From positions 1 to 43,371 of the IMG/VR virus record IMGVR_UViG_3300017747_002445: a stretch of 43,371 nucleotides of DNA. One strand, written 5' to 3'. Positions 29,325 through 40,100 of the stretch are shown here, piece by piece. The DNA comes from a virus. Taxonomy: Duplodnaviria; Caudoviricetes. The first letter of the stretch is position 1, and each line of letters opens with the position of its first letter. Position numbers and translations under genes: made by a program. The notes under the pieces were generated by a model that saw only the letters and a program-made list of their open reading frames with translations, searched no databases and was not told the origin of the DNA.

Positions 29325-32300
29325 TGGCCAAAAAGAAAGGACCTTGTAAACTTACCGTAAAAGGTAAAGGAGATACTAAACCTCGTGAGATGACTTTCGA
29401 GGAATACATCGCCATGCTTCATGATGGCGGGTTTGAGGATTTAGTTAATCAAGGGGCCATCGATCCTGATGAATTGCGCGGGGATAATCCATTTGGGCCA
29501 GAAGCTAAGGCAGAAACCGCTGAACCACCCATGCCGCCGGACGTCCCTCAATCCCCTGAAGACAAGCAGCAGTCAAACGAAGAGGAGAGAAGCACAAGGA
29601 CGCTGATTAAACGTGCTACTGACGATCGCGAGGCTTTAAAGGCCAAGGTAGAACAATACGGTTTAGATCGTAAAGTTGAGAATAGAAATGATGCCAAGGA
29701 ATTGGCACAGGCATTTATAGAGGATGTAGGGTTTAATGATGCGGAATACGCCGCAGCTACTATGCTTACTGGTGCGGCAAAAAGCTATGTGTATGCTGAG
29801 TTGATTGACGCTCTTGAGGTTGGCTTGTCAAACGCCAAGACTCCTGAAGAGATAGACTCCATACTGAGCAAGCAGGCCGAGCTTCTTCATATTTGGGATA
29901 CTCAAATTGCAGATGCCGCAAGAGAGATTGGCGCCCTGGCAAGCATTTATCGTGATTCTTTATTTGGCTATAAGGCTGATGTAAAAATCAGAGAATACAA
30001 GAAGGCATCAGGCGGATATATCAGCCCAGAGATGGAGGCTAAATTCCGTGCTTACGAGCAACAAATTAAAGACCTTAATGCTAAACTCAAGGAAGCAGAA
30101 CGCAAGGCCGCACAGGAGCGTGAGGATAAACTCATGGCCAACATTGCCACGTCTGTATCGACTGAGAAGAAGAAGGCCAAAACATTTACCGACAAGGCAA
30201 AGCAAGTTGCTGACAACTTCAGAAAGCTAAAGGGCAAGCCTATCCAATTTCGTGATGCGAATGGTAATCCGATAGATATACAAAGAATGGGTCTTTCGTT
30301 CGATGACATCATCGAGCTTGGAGCCAAGGCTATTGAAGCAACAGGAAAGATAGCGGACGGTATAGCCGCAGTCATGGAGAAGCTGGCCGAGCAGGAATGG
30401 TTTTCCTCTTTGTCTACCGTTGACCAGGAGGCTGTTCGGTCGCAGGTAGAGGGGATGTTGTCCGAAACTACAACCGGAGACATCAAGATCCCCAAGGGCA
30501 TGATTAAGGTAATGGTTGAGATGGGCAACAATACCATCGACAGCCTTACGGACGCGATCATGGCTCAGTTGCAGGAACAATACCCTAATGCTACCAGAAG
30601 AGATTTCCGTGACGCCATAACAGGTTACGGCAAAGAGGTAAGCAAAACCAGAAGCGACATCGACCGTGAGATCGCGGTAATGAAGCGTATCGGTGCAAAG
30701 ATGTCTCAACTTGAGGATCTCAAGCTTGGCATTATAACCGAAACCAATCCTGTTACCAAGACGCAAAAGCAGGAAGAGGAGAAGAACTTGGACAGAGAGA
30801 TAAAAGACCTGTTCAAAGAACTGGGCGTGACTGGAGAGAAGAAACTTGACCAGGCCAAGAAGAATGTAAACCGCACCATACAAGACCTTCAGAAAAGGAT
30901 TGATGACGGCCAATATGCTCCCAATCCAAAAGAAAAGCAATACACCTCAGACGCCGAGCTTGATGCGCTTAACGATGAGAAGAAGGCCCTACAAGATCAG
31001 CTGAAGGAATTGCAAGACCAGGTTGGATACACTGAAGAAAAGAAACTCAACCAGGCCAAGAAAAATATTGAGAAGCGGATAAAGGAGCTTGAGGAAAAGC
31101 TTGCAAGTCGCGACTTTACGAAGAAGGAAAAGCAACCTGCATACACAGCTGATGACGAGATCCGGGATCTCAGAGCAAGACGCCAGGAATTGCAGGATGA
31201 AGTTGATATTGAGATATTCAAAGAGAAGCTCAAGCAGCGTGGATGGAAGGGGACTTTTGCTGATTATGCAAAGGACATCTTCAACGTAACCCGTAACGCG
31301 ATGGCTACACTCGACTTGTCGTTTGTGCTTGTTCAGGGTAAACTTATTTCCGGAGGTATTCTGCATCCTGTTACCGCGTTTAGATCGGCGTTACAAGCTG
31401 CCAAGCAAATGTTCAGTGAAAGCAATGCTCGTCAATGGAATACGTTCATCCGTTCACAGGAGTATTATGACGAGATGAAGAAGGCTGGTCTTTCTTTGAC
31501 TGAGTACGATGCTAAGGTAGAGGCTCAGGAAGAATTGATGTTGACTGGTCCTATCTTAAATGCTTTATGGGCAATGGCTGTATCTCCTTCAAGAATTGTC
31601 AGCAAGGAGGCTTACGAGGCGGCCAAGAGACTCAATCCAATGAACGCATTCTCACGGGCGCAAGTAGCGTACTTGAATACGTTCCGCATTTTGCGATATA
31701 GGGAATTGGCAGACAAACTGAAAGCCGAAGGAAAGAGTATTAACACGGATCTGCAATCTTATAAAAACGTAGCAGACGTAATCAACACGTTTTCCGGACG
31801 CTCTGGGCTTGGTAAGATTGACCAAAACCCAATGTTGTCTAAGGCTCTTGCTTACTCGTTTTTCTCTCCGCGCAACTGGGCTAGTATATTGAAAACATCT
31901 TCCCCAATCGCATTGTTTTGGGCTTACAAACTGCGTGATACAGGCTCTTCAAGAACAAAGATGTTTTCGGTAGCTCAAAAGACTGCGCTATTCGATTTCA
32001 TGGGAGCAATGGGAAGTACCGCAGCTATCGTGGCAATGGCTGCAATGAGGTTGAATGACGATGATGACGATGATTCAGAAGTAGTATTTGATCCACTCAG
32101 TTCATACTTCGGGCAAATCCGATTGGGTAATACTTACGTAGACCCGTGGGCGGGTCGTATGCAAACGATTGTATTTACAAGTCGCTTTATAACGGAAGCA
32201 ATGTATAGGGGTGGTACAACGGGTCCTCTTGGTGTTGATAATCGACCAACAAGAGCTGTGTTGTTGTGGGAGTATATGTCTCGCAAGCTTCACCCAAGCT

Positions 32301-33031
32301 TGTCAATGCTTTACGATTACGGCATGACCTCTCAGGCTGAGGGACAACCTCGCATGACTCCTTACGGTGAAGAATGGTCATGGATGGAAAGAGCAAAGGA
32401 GTCGGTTACTCCTATGGTTTACAATATGCTTAGTGAGGTTCATGAGGAGCAACCTGGTCATATAGAAGCCTTCCTTATGCCACTTGGTTATTTGGGTATG
32501 GGTGTTCAAACATACCAACCAAAAAGACGAGATGTTAACCGATACAAGAATGTGGAGACCAAGGAATTCATGAAGATGTTCAAGCCTTCAGGGGTTTCTA
32601 TGATCAAGTCGGAAGAGTTCATGGGTGTACTGGACAAAGAGCAGATGCTTGAGATGAATACGCTGTATCAAGACAAAGCGGAGATGTTGCTTGATCAATA
32701 CGCTAAGATAGTTCCTGATGACTTGAGTGAAATCAGGGTAAGCGCTGAACGTCGCAGGATAACTTACCCTGAACGTCAAGAGGCCATCGCCCTTTTGCGT
32801 GATCAAAAGATGCCAGAGACTGAGGAGAATATCAAGAAGATTGCCCTAGAGCTAGAACGCAAGAGTAAGATTGGTTTTAAGATAGATGAGTTCGCCAGCA
32901 AAGCAAAAGATGCAGCCATAGAAGAATACCTTATGTCAAAAGGTAAAGAAGTGCCTAAACCATACATAGGTGCTATGAAAAGGTACGAAAAAAGGCTGAA
33001 ATACTACACAGACAAAGCCCTTGAAAAGTAA
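29324..33031 (+). CDS. Large ejected protein: coiled coils plus a C-terminal helical/hydrophobic domain (LPD38-like, tentative)
   Basis: 1235 aa. INTFSGR...FFSPR...DPLSSYFGQIRLGNT...KLHP...TPYGE pattern seen at the C-termini of large phage virion proteins. Confidence 0.6.
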   Translation: MAKKKGPCKLTVKGKGDTKPREMTFEEYIAMLHDGGFEDLVNQGAIDPDELRGDNPFGPEAKAETAEPPMPPDVPQSPEDKQQSNEEERSTRTLIKRATDDREALKAKVEQYGLDRKVENRNDAKELAQAFIEDVGFNDAEYAAATMLTGAAKSYVYAELIDALEVGLSNAKTPEEIDSILSKQAELLHIWDTQIADAAREIGALASIYRDSLFGYKADVKIREYKKASGGYISPEMEAKFRAYEQQIKDLNAKLKEAERKAAQEREDKLMANIATSVSTEKKKAKTFTDKAKQVADNFRKLKGKPIQFRDANGNPIDIQRMGLSFDDIIELGAKAIEATGKIADGIAAVMEKLAEQEWFSSLSTVDQEAVRSQVEGMLSETTTGDIKIPKGMIKVMVEMGNNTIDSLTDAIMAQLQEQYPNATRRDFRDAITGYGKEVSKTRSDIDREIAVMKRIGAKMSQLEDLKLGIITETNPVTKTQKQEEEKNLDREIKDLFKELGVTGEKKLDQAKKNVNRTIQDLQKRIDDGQYAPNPKEKQYTSDAELDALNDEKKALQDQLKELQDQVGYTEEKKLNQAKKNIEKRIKELEEKLASRDFTKKEKQPAYTADDEIRDLRARRQELQDEVDIEIFKEKLKQRGWKGTFADYAKDIFNVTRNAMATLDLSFVLVQGKLISGGILHPVTAFRSALQAAKQMFSESNARQWNTFIRSQEYYDEMKKAGLSLTEYDAKVEAQEELMLTGPILNALWAMAVSPSRIVSKEAYEAAKRLNPMNAFSRAQVAYLNTFRILRYRELADKLKAEGKSINTDLQSYKNVADVINTFSGRSGLGKIDQNPMLSKALAYSFFSPRNWASILKTSSPIALFWAYKLRDTGSSRTKMFSVAQKTALFDFMGAMGSTAAIVAMAAMRLNDDDDDDSEVVFDPLSSYFGQIRLGNTYVDPWAGRMQTIVFTSRFITEAMYRGGTTGPLGVDNRPTRAVLLWEYMSRKLHPSLSMLYDYGMTSQAEGQPRMTPYGEEWSWMERAKESVTPMVYNMLSEVHEEQPGHIEAFLMPLGYLGMGVQTYQPKRRDVNRYKNVETKEFMKMFKPSGVSMIKSEEFMGVLDKEQMLEMNTLYQDKAEMLLDQYAKIVPDDLSEIRVSAERRRITYPERQEAIALLRDQKMPETEENIKKIALELERKSKIGFKIDEFASKAKDAAIEEYLMSKGKEVPKPYIGAMKRYEKRLKYYTDKALEK
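30823..31215 (+). repeat. Two-copy 67-aa coiled-coil repeat within the 1235-aa protein
   Basis: GVTGEKKLDQAKKN...YTSDAEL versus GYTEEKKLNQAKKN...YTADDEI, with a 201-nt period. Confidence 0.8.
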
Positions 33032-33044
33032 ATTTGTGACTCTA

Positions 33045-33260
33045 ATGCAACACGATATCAATCATACAGAGATGACGGATCAGGGTTACGTAGACGGAGC
33101 GGCTTCAGTTTTATTGACAACATTTGCCGCAGTGTTGTCCTGGCAGGAACAAGCCGAATGGTTTTTCCGAATCTCTTCTCTGCTGCTTGCTTGCACGGTA
33201 TCTATCGTTGTCCTTTACGGTCACCATAGAAAGTCCAAGTCAAAGAAGTCAACTAAGTAA
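33045..33260 (+). CDS. Small two-TM membrane protein (holin-like)
   Basis: Two hydrophobic segments and a basic tail RKSKSKKSTK. TAAATTTG at 33029-33036 upstream. Confidence 0.6.
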   Translation: MQHDINHTEMTDQGYVDGAASVLLTTFAAVLSWQEQAEWFFRISSLLLACTVSIVVLYGHHRKSKSKKSTK

Positions 33261-33289
33261 TTTCTCCCTTCTGTAATTGTATACCTTCT

Positions 33290-33365
33290 AAAAACACAGA
33301 GGGCGGTGATCAGGCCGCCCTCAAAGTTCTCGTCTCCCGACTGCACTTGGTGTGCGCGAACTTGC
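33290..33365 (-). ncRNA. Candidate small RNA: three-way junction plus terminator
   Basis: AAGTTC/GAACTT closes GCAC-ACCAA-GTGC and GTC-GGGA-GAC, followed by a GAGGGCGG/CCGCCCTC hairpin and TGTGTTTTT. No ATG. Confidence 0.65.
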
Positions 33366-33369
33366 GGTG

Positions 33370-33400
33370 CAAATATATGACATTTATTATTTAATGCAAA
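33370..33400 (-). promoter_or_regulatory. Consensus Bacteroidota promoter (leftward)
   Basis: TTTG(33400-33397)-N19-TATATTTG(33377-33370). Confidence 0.8.
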
Positions 33401-33404
33401 ATAA

Positions 33405-33436
33405 TTTGCACAATCCAATGTGCAATTGTAAATTTG
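33405..33436 (+). promoter_or_regulatory. Consensus Bacteroidota promoter (rightward) with an operator-like palindrome
   Basis: TTTG(33405-33408)-N20-TAAATTTG(33429-33436). TTGCACA-N6-TGTGCAA at 33406-33425. Confidence 0.8.
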
Positions 33437-33440
33437 CTCC

Positions 33441-33512
33441 GGTTACTGGTAATACATAGTGTTTAAGTGTGTAGTTTTCCCTGGGCAAAGGCCTGGGGAT
33501 TTTTTTATATTT
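33441..33512 (+). ncRNA. Candidate ~70-nt GU-rich small RNA or attenuated leader
   Basis: Runs from the promoter to the TCCCTGGGC-AAAG-GCCTGGGGA hairpin (two G-U pairs) followed by T7. Confidence 0.55.
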
Positions 33513-33530
33513 GCAGGAGAAAACGAAGTT

Positions 33531-34181
33531 ATGATTGAATTGAAACTAGCGGATCCAACCCCGCATGAATTAAGTGAATATAGAGTGCTAATTAACGAAC
33601 TGAAAGAGAAGTTTCCTGATGCCTCTATATTGGTTGAAAGGGGTGTTGGAGACTACGCTATAAGCAATACGTCAATATTTATAGACGATGATAAAAGGAC
33701 TAACTGGCATTCCGCGATTTACCCATCAGTTCCCAACCGGGGGACAGCCCAAATCAAGGCGGATATTCTGTCCCTTACCTTCGCTATGCGTGAACTTGGG
33801 TTTGATGTCAAGTTTCTGGACAGCGATCCAATCATTCGTGAAAAGGTTTCGATAACTCGTGGTAAGCTCAATTCTTGTGTATCTCTTCGTCAAATGGTGG
33901 AACTCCTGGAGGAGGCGAATCACGAAAAAATCGACGAAGTAAAAGTAATGATAGAGAACAAACGCAAGAACGGCGGTCGTCCTAGCAAGAAGTCTGTGAT
34001 TGAATTTATCTTTTCTGGCGTACGTGAAGAGAAGCGGATGCAGCCTGTTCGGACCGGACCAGAGTGGGCGCGTGTGAAGATGGAATGGCGTGATAGATTT
34101 ACCTCTTCTAAGTATGCGAAAATGTACAAAAGTCTCGATGAATTTTGTACCTTCGCCACAGAAGAAGAGTGTAAATTATGA
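33531..34181 (+). CDS. Hypothetical protein (216 aa)
   Basis: ATG 33531 preferred over GTG 33459, which lies inside the RNA/terminator. TATATTTG at 33506-33513. ATGA overlap with the fibre gene. Confidence 0.7.
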   Translation: MIELKLADPTPHELSEYRVLINELKEKFPDASILVERGVGDYAISNTSIFIDDDKRTNWHSAIYPSVPNRGTAQIKADILSLTFAMRELGFDVKFLDSDPIIREKVSITRGKLNSCVSLRQMVELLEEANHEKIDEVKVMIENKRKNGGRPSKKSVIEFIFSGVREEKRMQPVRTGPEWARVKMEWRDRFTSSKYAKMYKSLDEFCTFATEEECKL

Positions 34182-37100
34182 ACTTTATAATATCGAATAT
34201 TCAAGTAAACGGAAACGATACCGTTTCCTTTCTGAATACAAGTGGTCTTGTAAGGACCATGAGTCGCATTTTGCCGACCAGTCCAAACTTTATATCGTAC
34301 AGATATGACACTATAACGATTAGCGAGTCCAATGGGGAATCGTTTTCGTTTCCCGTCTATCAGATAGAACTGATTGGGACTGTAGCTTATACCGTTCTAA
34401 ATTTCACAGATGCTCCTTCTACGGTTGAGGCCAAAACGGTTTCCATTTACAATCAACTAACTACGTTTGTTTTCCAGGCTTGCTGCGATTGCGAGGGCGG
34501 TGGTAGCGGAGGCGGTGGTTGCTTTTCTGTTTTCTCCTTGGCTGACGGACCAGTGGCTCCGACTGGTAGTTTTACGTTGAAAAACGTAACAAACCCAGGT
34601 TCAACGGTTTTTCCTCCTGGTCAAATAGCTCAAATTTCCATTAGCAACTTTACATTTGGCTCGGTGCAGGACTTGACGAACCTGTTCCCGGCAATACCTG
34701 AAGGTTCTTGGATATTTGTTTACAATGTAGACGATCCGTCTAACTTTATAATACTCAGCATAACAGCATACTCTGCGTCACAATTGCCTAATGGTTTTTA
34801 TGACTGTGTCGTAATTGATTCTTCTGGAGGATTTAGTAGTTACAACAACAAGTACTGCATAGACTTTTCTATTTCAGGGGAAATCGGGAGTATCCCAAAA
34901 TGGCAGCAGACATTGGACTCTGACTCCACTTTGAATAAGGACAACTTCATTTACGCAGACATCAACGCCACGCACACGTTCTCAATGAACGAGTTCCTCA
35001 ATATAAACTTCAACACTAATGAAGAGTTTGCGGGGGGGTCAAATGCGGGGCTTGGGATTTCAAATTATGTTAGATCAAACGGCACGTCGGATTTTATTAG
35101 GCTGGAGTCATACCAAACCAACGCAGGCCCAGGAACGGGTCTTTATGTTCAAGTCGGCTCAGACCAAGGTGGTACACCTGGCATTATAATTCAAACCCTT
35201 AACGCCAAAAACTCGGTAGCACAGCCTGGCGACGTGCTTGTTTATCAAGGCGATGGAACTGTTGAATACCAAACTATAACCACCGTTGGTACGGTAACTT
35301 CTGTGGGTCTTGTAATGCCAAACGCCTTCACGGTAACCAATTCCCCAATCATTGATTCGGGAGACTTGACTGTAGAGGGTGCAGGGGACGCAACCGAGTA
35401 CATCAATGGTCTTGGTGAGTTAGCCACGCTTCCTGTCTACACCGCTAACAATGGATTGAATAACACAGCGTCTCCTACGGTAATACAACTGGGAGGAACA
35501 CTGCTTGACGATACTGCAATAAGCACAGACGGAAACACGCTTTCTATTGAAGGATCTATAGGTCAAAGCACTAGCCGTCCATTTACTGTGTTCAACTTGG
35601 GAACCGCTGGGGTAGCTAACTTTTTTGCATACGGAAACTCTTCTTCAAGCTCCGTGTTGATCTCGAACGAGATTGAGAACACTTACTCCCCATTAACTGT
35701 CAGAAACAAGTACGACTCTACAGGTAATAAGACCATATTGACTTTGTCTCAGGAGTCGTTATCTGACCCAGTTAACTCTACTCTTTCTGTAGACATGAAC
35801 CTTTCCGGGTCTTCTGCTCGCCCATCTGCCGCGAGGTTGACTGCTGGGGTATCAAGTGCTGCTGCCGCTCCTAACTTCAGGTCTAACTTCAGCATCGAGA
35901 CTGTTTGGAATTCTTCTGGCCCATCTGCGGCCCTTAGCATTCTTTCAGATGGTAAGATGAAGTTTAACGCCTACACGCCTGGTCAGTTCTCGTCGGCCTA
36001 TCAGTCTCTTTTGGCGGTAAATAGTTCAGGAGAGGTTGTAACAACAACTGGTTCGGGCTTCATTGTTTCTATAACAGGAACGGCCCCAATAAATGTGACT
36101 TCGGGTGTTAACCCTGTGATCTCTATGCCAGCCGCTACGGTTGGTCAGGATGGCTACTTGACCTCTGTTGCGTATAATTTATTCAACAACAAGCAAAACC
36201 CAATAACATTAACCACCACTGGCACAAGTGGCCCTGCTACTTTCGTTGGGTCCACCTTGAACATCCCTCAATACGTGGGCAACTTGGTTCAGGCAGGCAG
36301 CGGTTTGAGTGAGTCGTCAAGCATCATCAGTTTGGGACACCCTTCTCAGGCCCTAGCTTTATCCAGTCCTCTTACGCAGGATTCATACATAGCAAATAAT
36401 GGTTTTGATTTTGTAGTATTAGGAACGAAGGCTGAAGAGATTTTAAAAGTTCAAAACACCTTATTAAACTCAAACTTAGGAACGGGATTTTCTGCTGTAT
36501 CTAATGGAGGTAATGCTATTGTTGCTTCTCAGAATTTTACCGGAACAATAACTGGCTCATACACAGGAAAAACGGCGGGAGTTAATTCGTTTTCGAATGT
36601 TGGTTTTGGAGTATATGCTGAGTCTAGAATATATACTTGCGGGTACTTTGAGCTTTACAACCTAGTGCCAATTGACTTCCCTGCATTACACGCTAAAAAG
36701 AATACAAGGGAGAAATCAAACGATTATGATGAGGTTCTAAGGATAGAAAGAGCTGGCCCTGGAGATGGCAATAGAACACCCGGCATAGGGTTTGGTGCTG
36801 TTTCAACCTATTGGTTGCGGTATGGCTCTTCTGTTGCTAACGTTTCAAAGGCGGGTAGCATTGGATTTTCATGGATCAGCCCTACTACTCAGGATTCTGA
36901 GTTCATTGTCGCCCCGACAACTGCTGGAGTTGAAAACACAAGATTAAAATTAAAAAACACAGGACAGTTACAACTAACCGCCTACACTCCGTCTGCATTT
37001 CCAGGGACTGTAGCTTCATACCTTGGTGTTGATTCTCAAGGAAATGTCATTCAAGGTCCTGGCGGGGGTGGCGGTGGCGGTGGCCTTACTGGAGCCTATA

Positions 37101-40100
37101 ATGGTTTATCTGTAGTATCAAATAGCGCAGTATTGGGAGGCCCTCTCACGGGACTCACTTTGATAAGCAGCTCTGGATATGGATTGCAGATTTCAGGCAA
37201 CGTTCCGTCTTCTCAGACCGCTTCTCTGTACGTTCAAAATACTAATACCGGCACTAATCCTATCGCCATTAGAGGCGACGCAACAGGTTCTGTAAGCTCT
37301 GTGGGTGTTTTTGGATCTTCCGATACAGGGCGAGGCGTGACTGCAATATCCTCTTCAGGAACTGGCATAATCGCCACATCTTTAAGTGGCATTGGCGCTG
37401 TAGTAACCTCCAATAGTATTTTTGCTATTCAGGCCGAAACCAACAACAGCAGCGCGAATACAGTGCAGCCAATAATGTGGCTGAACAGGAACTCCTCTAG
37501 TGCGGCTCAAGACAACATTGGTGGCTCGATTAATTTTGCTATTAAGACCACTAGCGGATCGTTGGGGGTCTCAAACTTGATTGTAAGTAAATGGACTAAT
37601 GCTACTGAGGCCTCAAGGACTAGCCAGTTTGAAATACACGGAGTAAACAGCGCTGTAAATCCTTCTGCTTATTTTACATTGAAGGGAACTGGCCAGGCTC
37701 AATTTAACCAGTACACCAACTCTTCTTTATTTAATGGTACTGTATCGGCATATCTTGCTGTAGACGCTCAAGGAAATGTTATTCAAACAACCGGGGGTAC
37801 GGGCGGCGGGTCTCTTGCTTCGTTGAGTGACGTACAATTAGGAACCCTTTCTAACGGTCAGGTTCTTCAATATGATTCAATTTCATCTAAATGGGTGAAC
37901 GCATCCGTGTCTCCTTTGACCGATGGCAACAAGGGTGATATTACGGTGTCTGGCGGCGGCGCTACATGGACGATAAACAATAATACCGTAACGTATAGCA
38001 AGCTGCAAGCAGCGTCTTCGTCAAGTCGTATTATCGGATCGCCAAGCACGGGTACTGCTTATCAAGAGTTGACGGTTGGTAACGGGTTAAGCATATCAAC
38101 CGCACAGATTGGTCTGGGCGGGACAATGAATACTGGTCAGACCACTATAACTCATGCTGCTTCTAATTTGGCATTTAGTGGGACGGGTGCTGTAGCTACA
38201 GGTACGGGAACTGTTTCTTCTCTTGTACAAATAAGAAACACATCAACAGCGTCTTTTTCTTACGGGCTAGAGGTCTTGGGGGGAACGCGAGGAACCGCTT
38301 ATTTTGAAACAGGTAACGCAGGTGGCACATCTGCGATTGATACTGGTTTTGCTGTTTACGCATCAAACAATACTACTCATACCAATTACCCAATAATATT
38401 TGAATCCGAAAAAAAGAAAACATTTAGAATATTAGCGGGTACAGCAAACGGGTCTGTTGGTGATGAAGTTTTTCTAATAGAAAATCAGGTTTCCGGGGCG
38501 CCATCTGGAGGTAGCACTCTGTTGTCCTTATTCTCTAGACCGTCTTCCGGAGCAGCGTCAAGCGCAACTCAGGGGATATCGTCTATAGTTTTTACCGGAA
38601 GGGACTCAGCTAGTTCAACCGTAGCTTATAGGTATTCCCAAATAGAGGCGGGATCTCAAAATCACCTAAACGCAAGCAAGGCTGGTTATTTTGACTTTAA
38701 AGTAATAAGAACTGGTGGGTTAAATCCAACAAGCACTTTAAAGGTAAACGGAACGGGACAGATTCAGTTTGCAGCATATACCTCATTGAGTGCGTTTCCT
38801 GGGACCTCGGTAGCCTCCTTGGGTGTGGACAACGCCGGTAACATCATAACTATTACAGGTGGACCAGGATCCTCTCCGTTGACTACCAAAGGCGACTTAT
38901 ATACGTTTGACACCACCAACGCTAGACTCCCGGTCGGCACGAATGGACAAGTTCTATTGGCTGACAGCACAGCAGTTACAGGATTGCGTTGGTCCACCAT
39001 TGGGGCATTGACAGATGGCAACAAGGGTGACATAACTGTATCTGGAGGTGGCACAACATGGACTATTAATAACGACGCTGTCACCTATGATAAAATTCAA
39101 AATTCCTCAGTTGGCGTTGGTTATAGCGGTTCTGTTTTGGGTTCTTTTTTAAGCGGAGCTTCTTACGGCCCATTAGATGTAGCTAATGGCTTGAGTGTTA
39201 CCACGTCTGGTAAATTGATTTTGGGAGGTACGTTAGAAAGTAACGCATCGATTGTAGTTCCAGTAAGCACTGGATTTCAGGTGCAGGGTGAAGGAGTCTT
39301 AGTCAGCGTTATTGGTCTTTATTCAACCAAGGGCATGGTTAACATCGTCGACGAGGGGGTGTTAGATATTGCTAAGTCTGCATTAGACCTTTACAGTGAA
39401 AGCAACATAGGACTAACCGTAGGTAACAGCGCAATGCTGCCTACTTTAAGGGTCAATAAATCAGGTGCGTTTGCGTTAAGTTCTGTTATCGAAAATAATT
39501 ATGCGATATCCGTAGTACCTAATCAATGGGGGGTTCTGTTTGCGAATAATCAAGCTAATGATGTTATTTCTTCTGTTAGAATTCAAAAGGGTGCGTTTAC
39601 CGGAAGTATTAGACCCGATGGAACTAATATTCCCGTTTCTCAATATGAAAGCCTTTCGTCTGTATTTACAAACAACGCTTTAGACATACTTGAAATAAAC
39701 AGAAATCTTTATGGTGACGTCTTTGGGGGTGTTCCATCAGATGGATACGGAGCAAGTATTTTGTATAGGCTTTCTCCAACAACTGGAGGGGTTACCAGTA
39801 CTGGTGTTCCTGTTTTTAGATTGACTTCTTTTTGGCAAAATACGTCGTCTAATGTTGCTGCGTTTACTGTGTCTGCAAAAACAAGCACCTCCGCAAGTTC
39901 TTGGGAAAATATATTTACGGTGGTAAACTCAGGTCAGGTAAGACTAAATGCATACACTTCGTCTTCTGCATTCCCCGGCACTTCGGTGGCTAGTTTGGCT
40001 GTCGATAGCAATGGTAACATTATAACTCTATCGGGAGGCGGAGGTCTTAGTTCTGTTGGACTTAGTATGCCTTCCGCGTTTACTGTAGCCAACTCCCCTC

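Noticed and set aside
30052-31366. Long hydrophobic antisense ORFs (169, 237, 125 aa)
   Set aside because: Expected mirror of Lys/Glu-rich coiled-coil codons on the sense strand.
33290-33365. tRNA or known ribozyme identity for the small RNA
   Set aside because: Only two inner hairpins, no T-loop or anticodon arm, and no catalytic core I can recognise.
33221-33418. 65-aa - strand ORF
   Set aside because: Starts upstream of the promoter, runs through a terminator, and is better explained as ncRNA.
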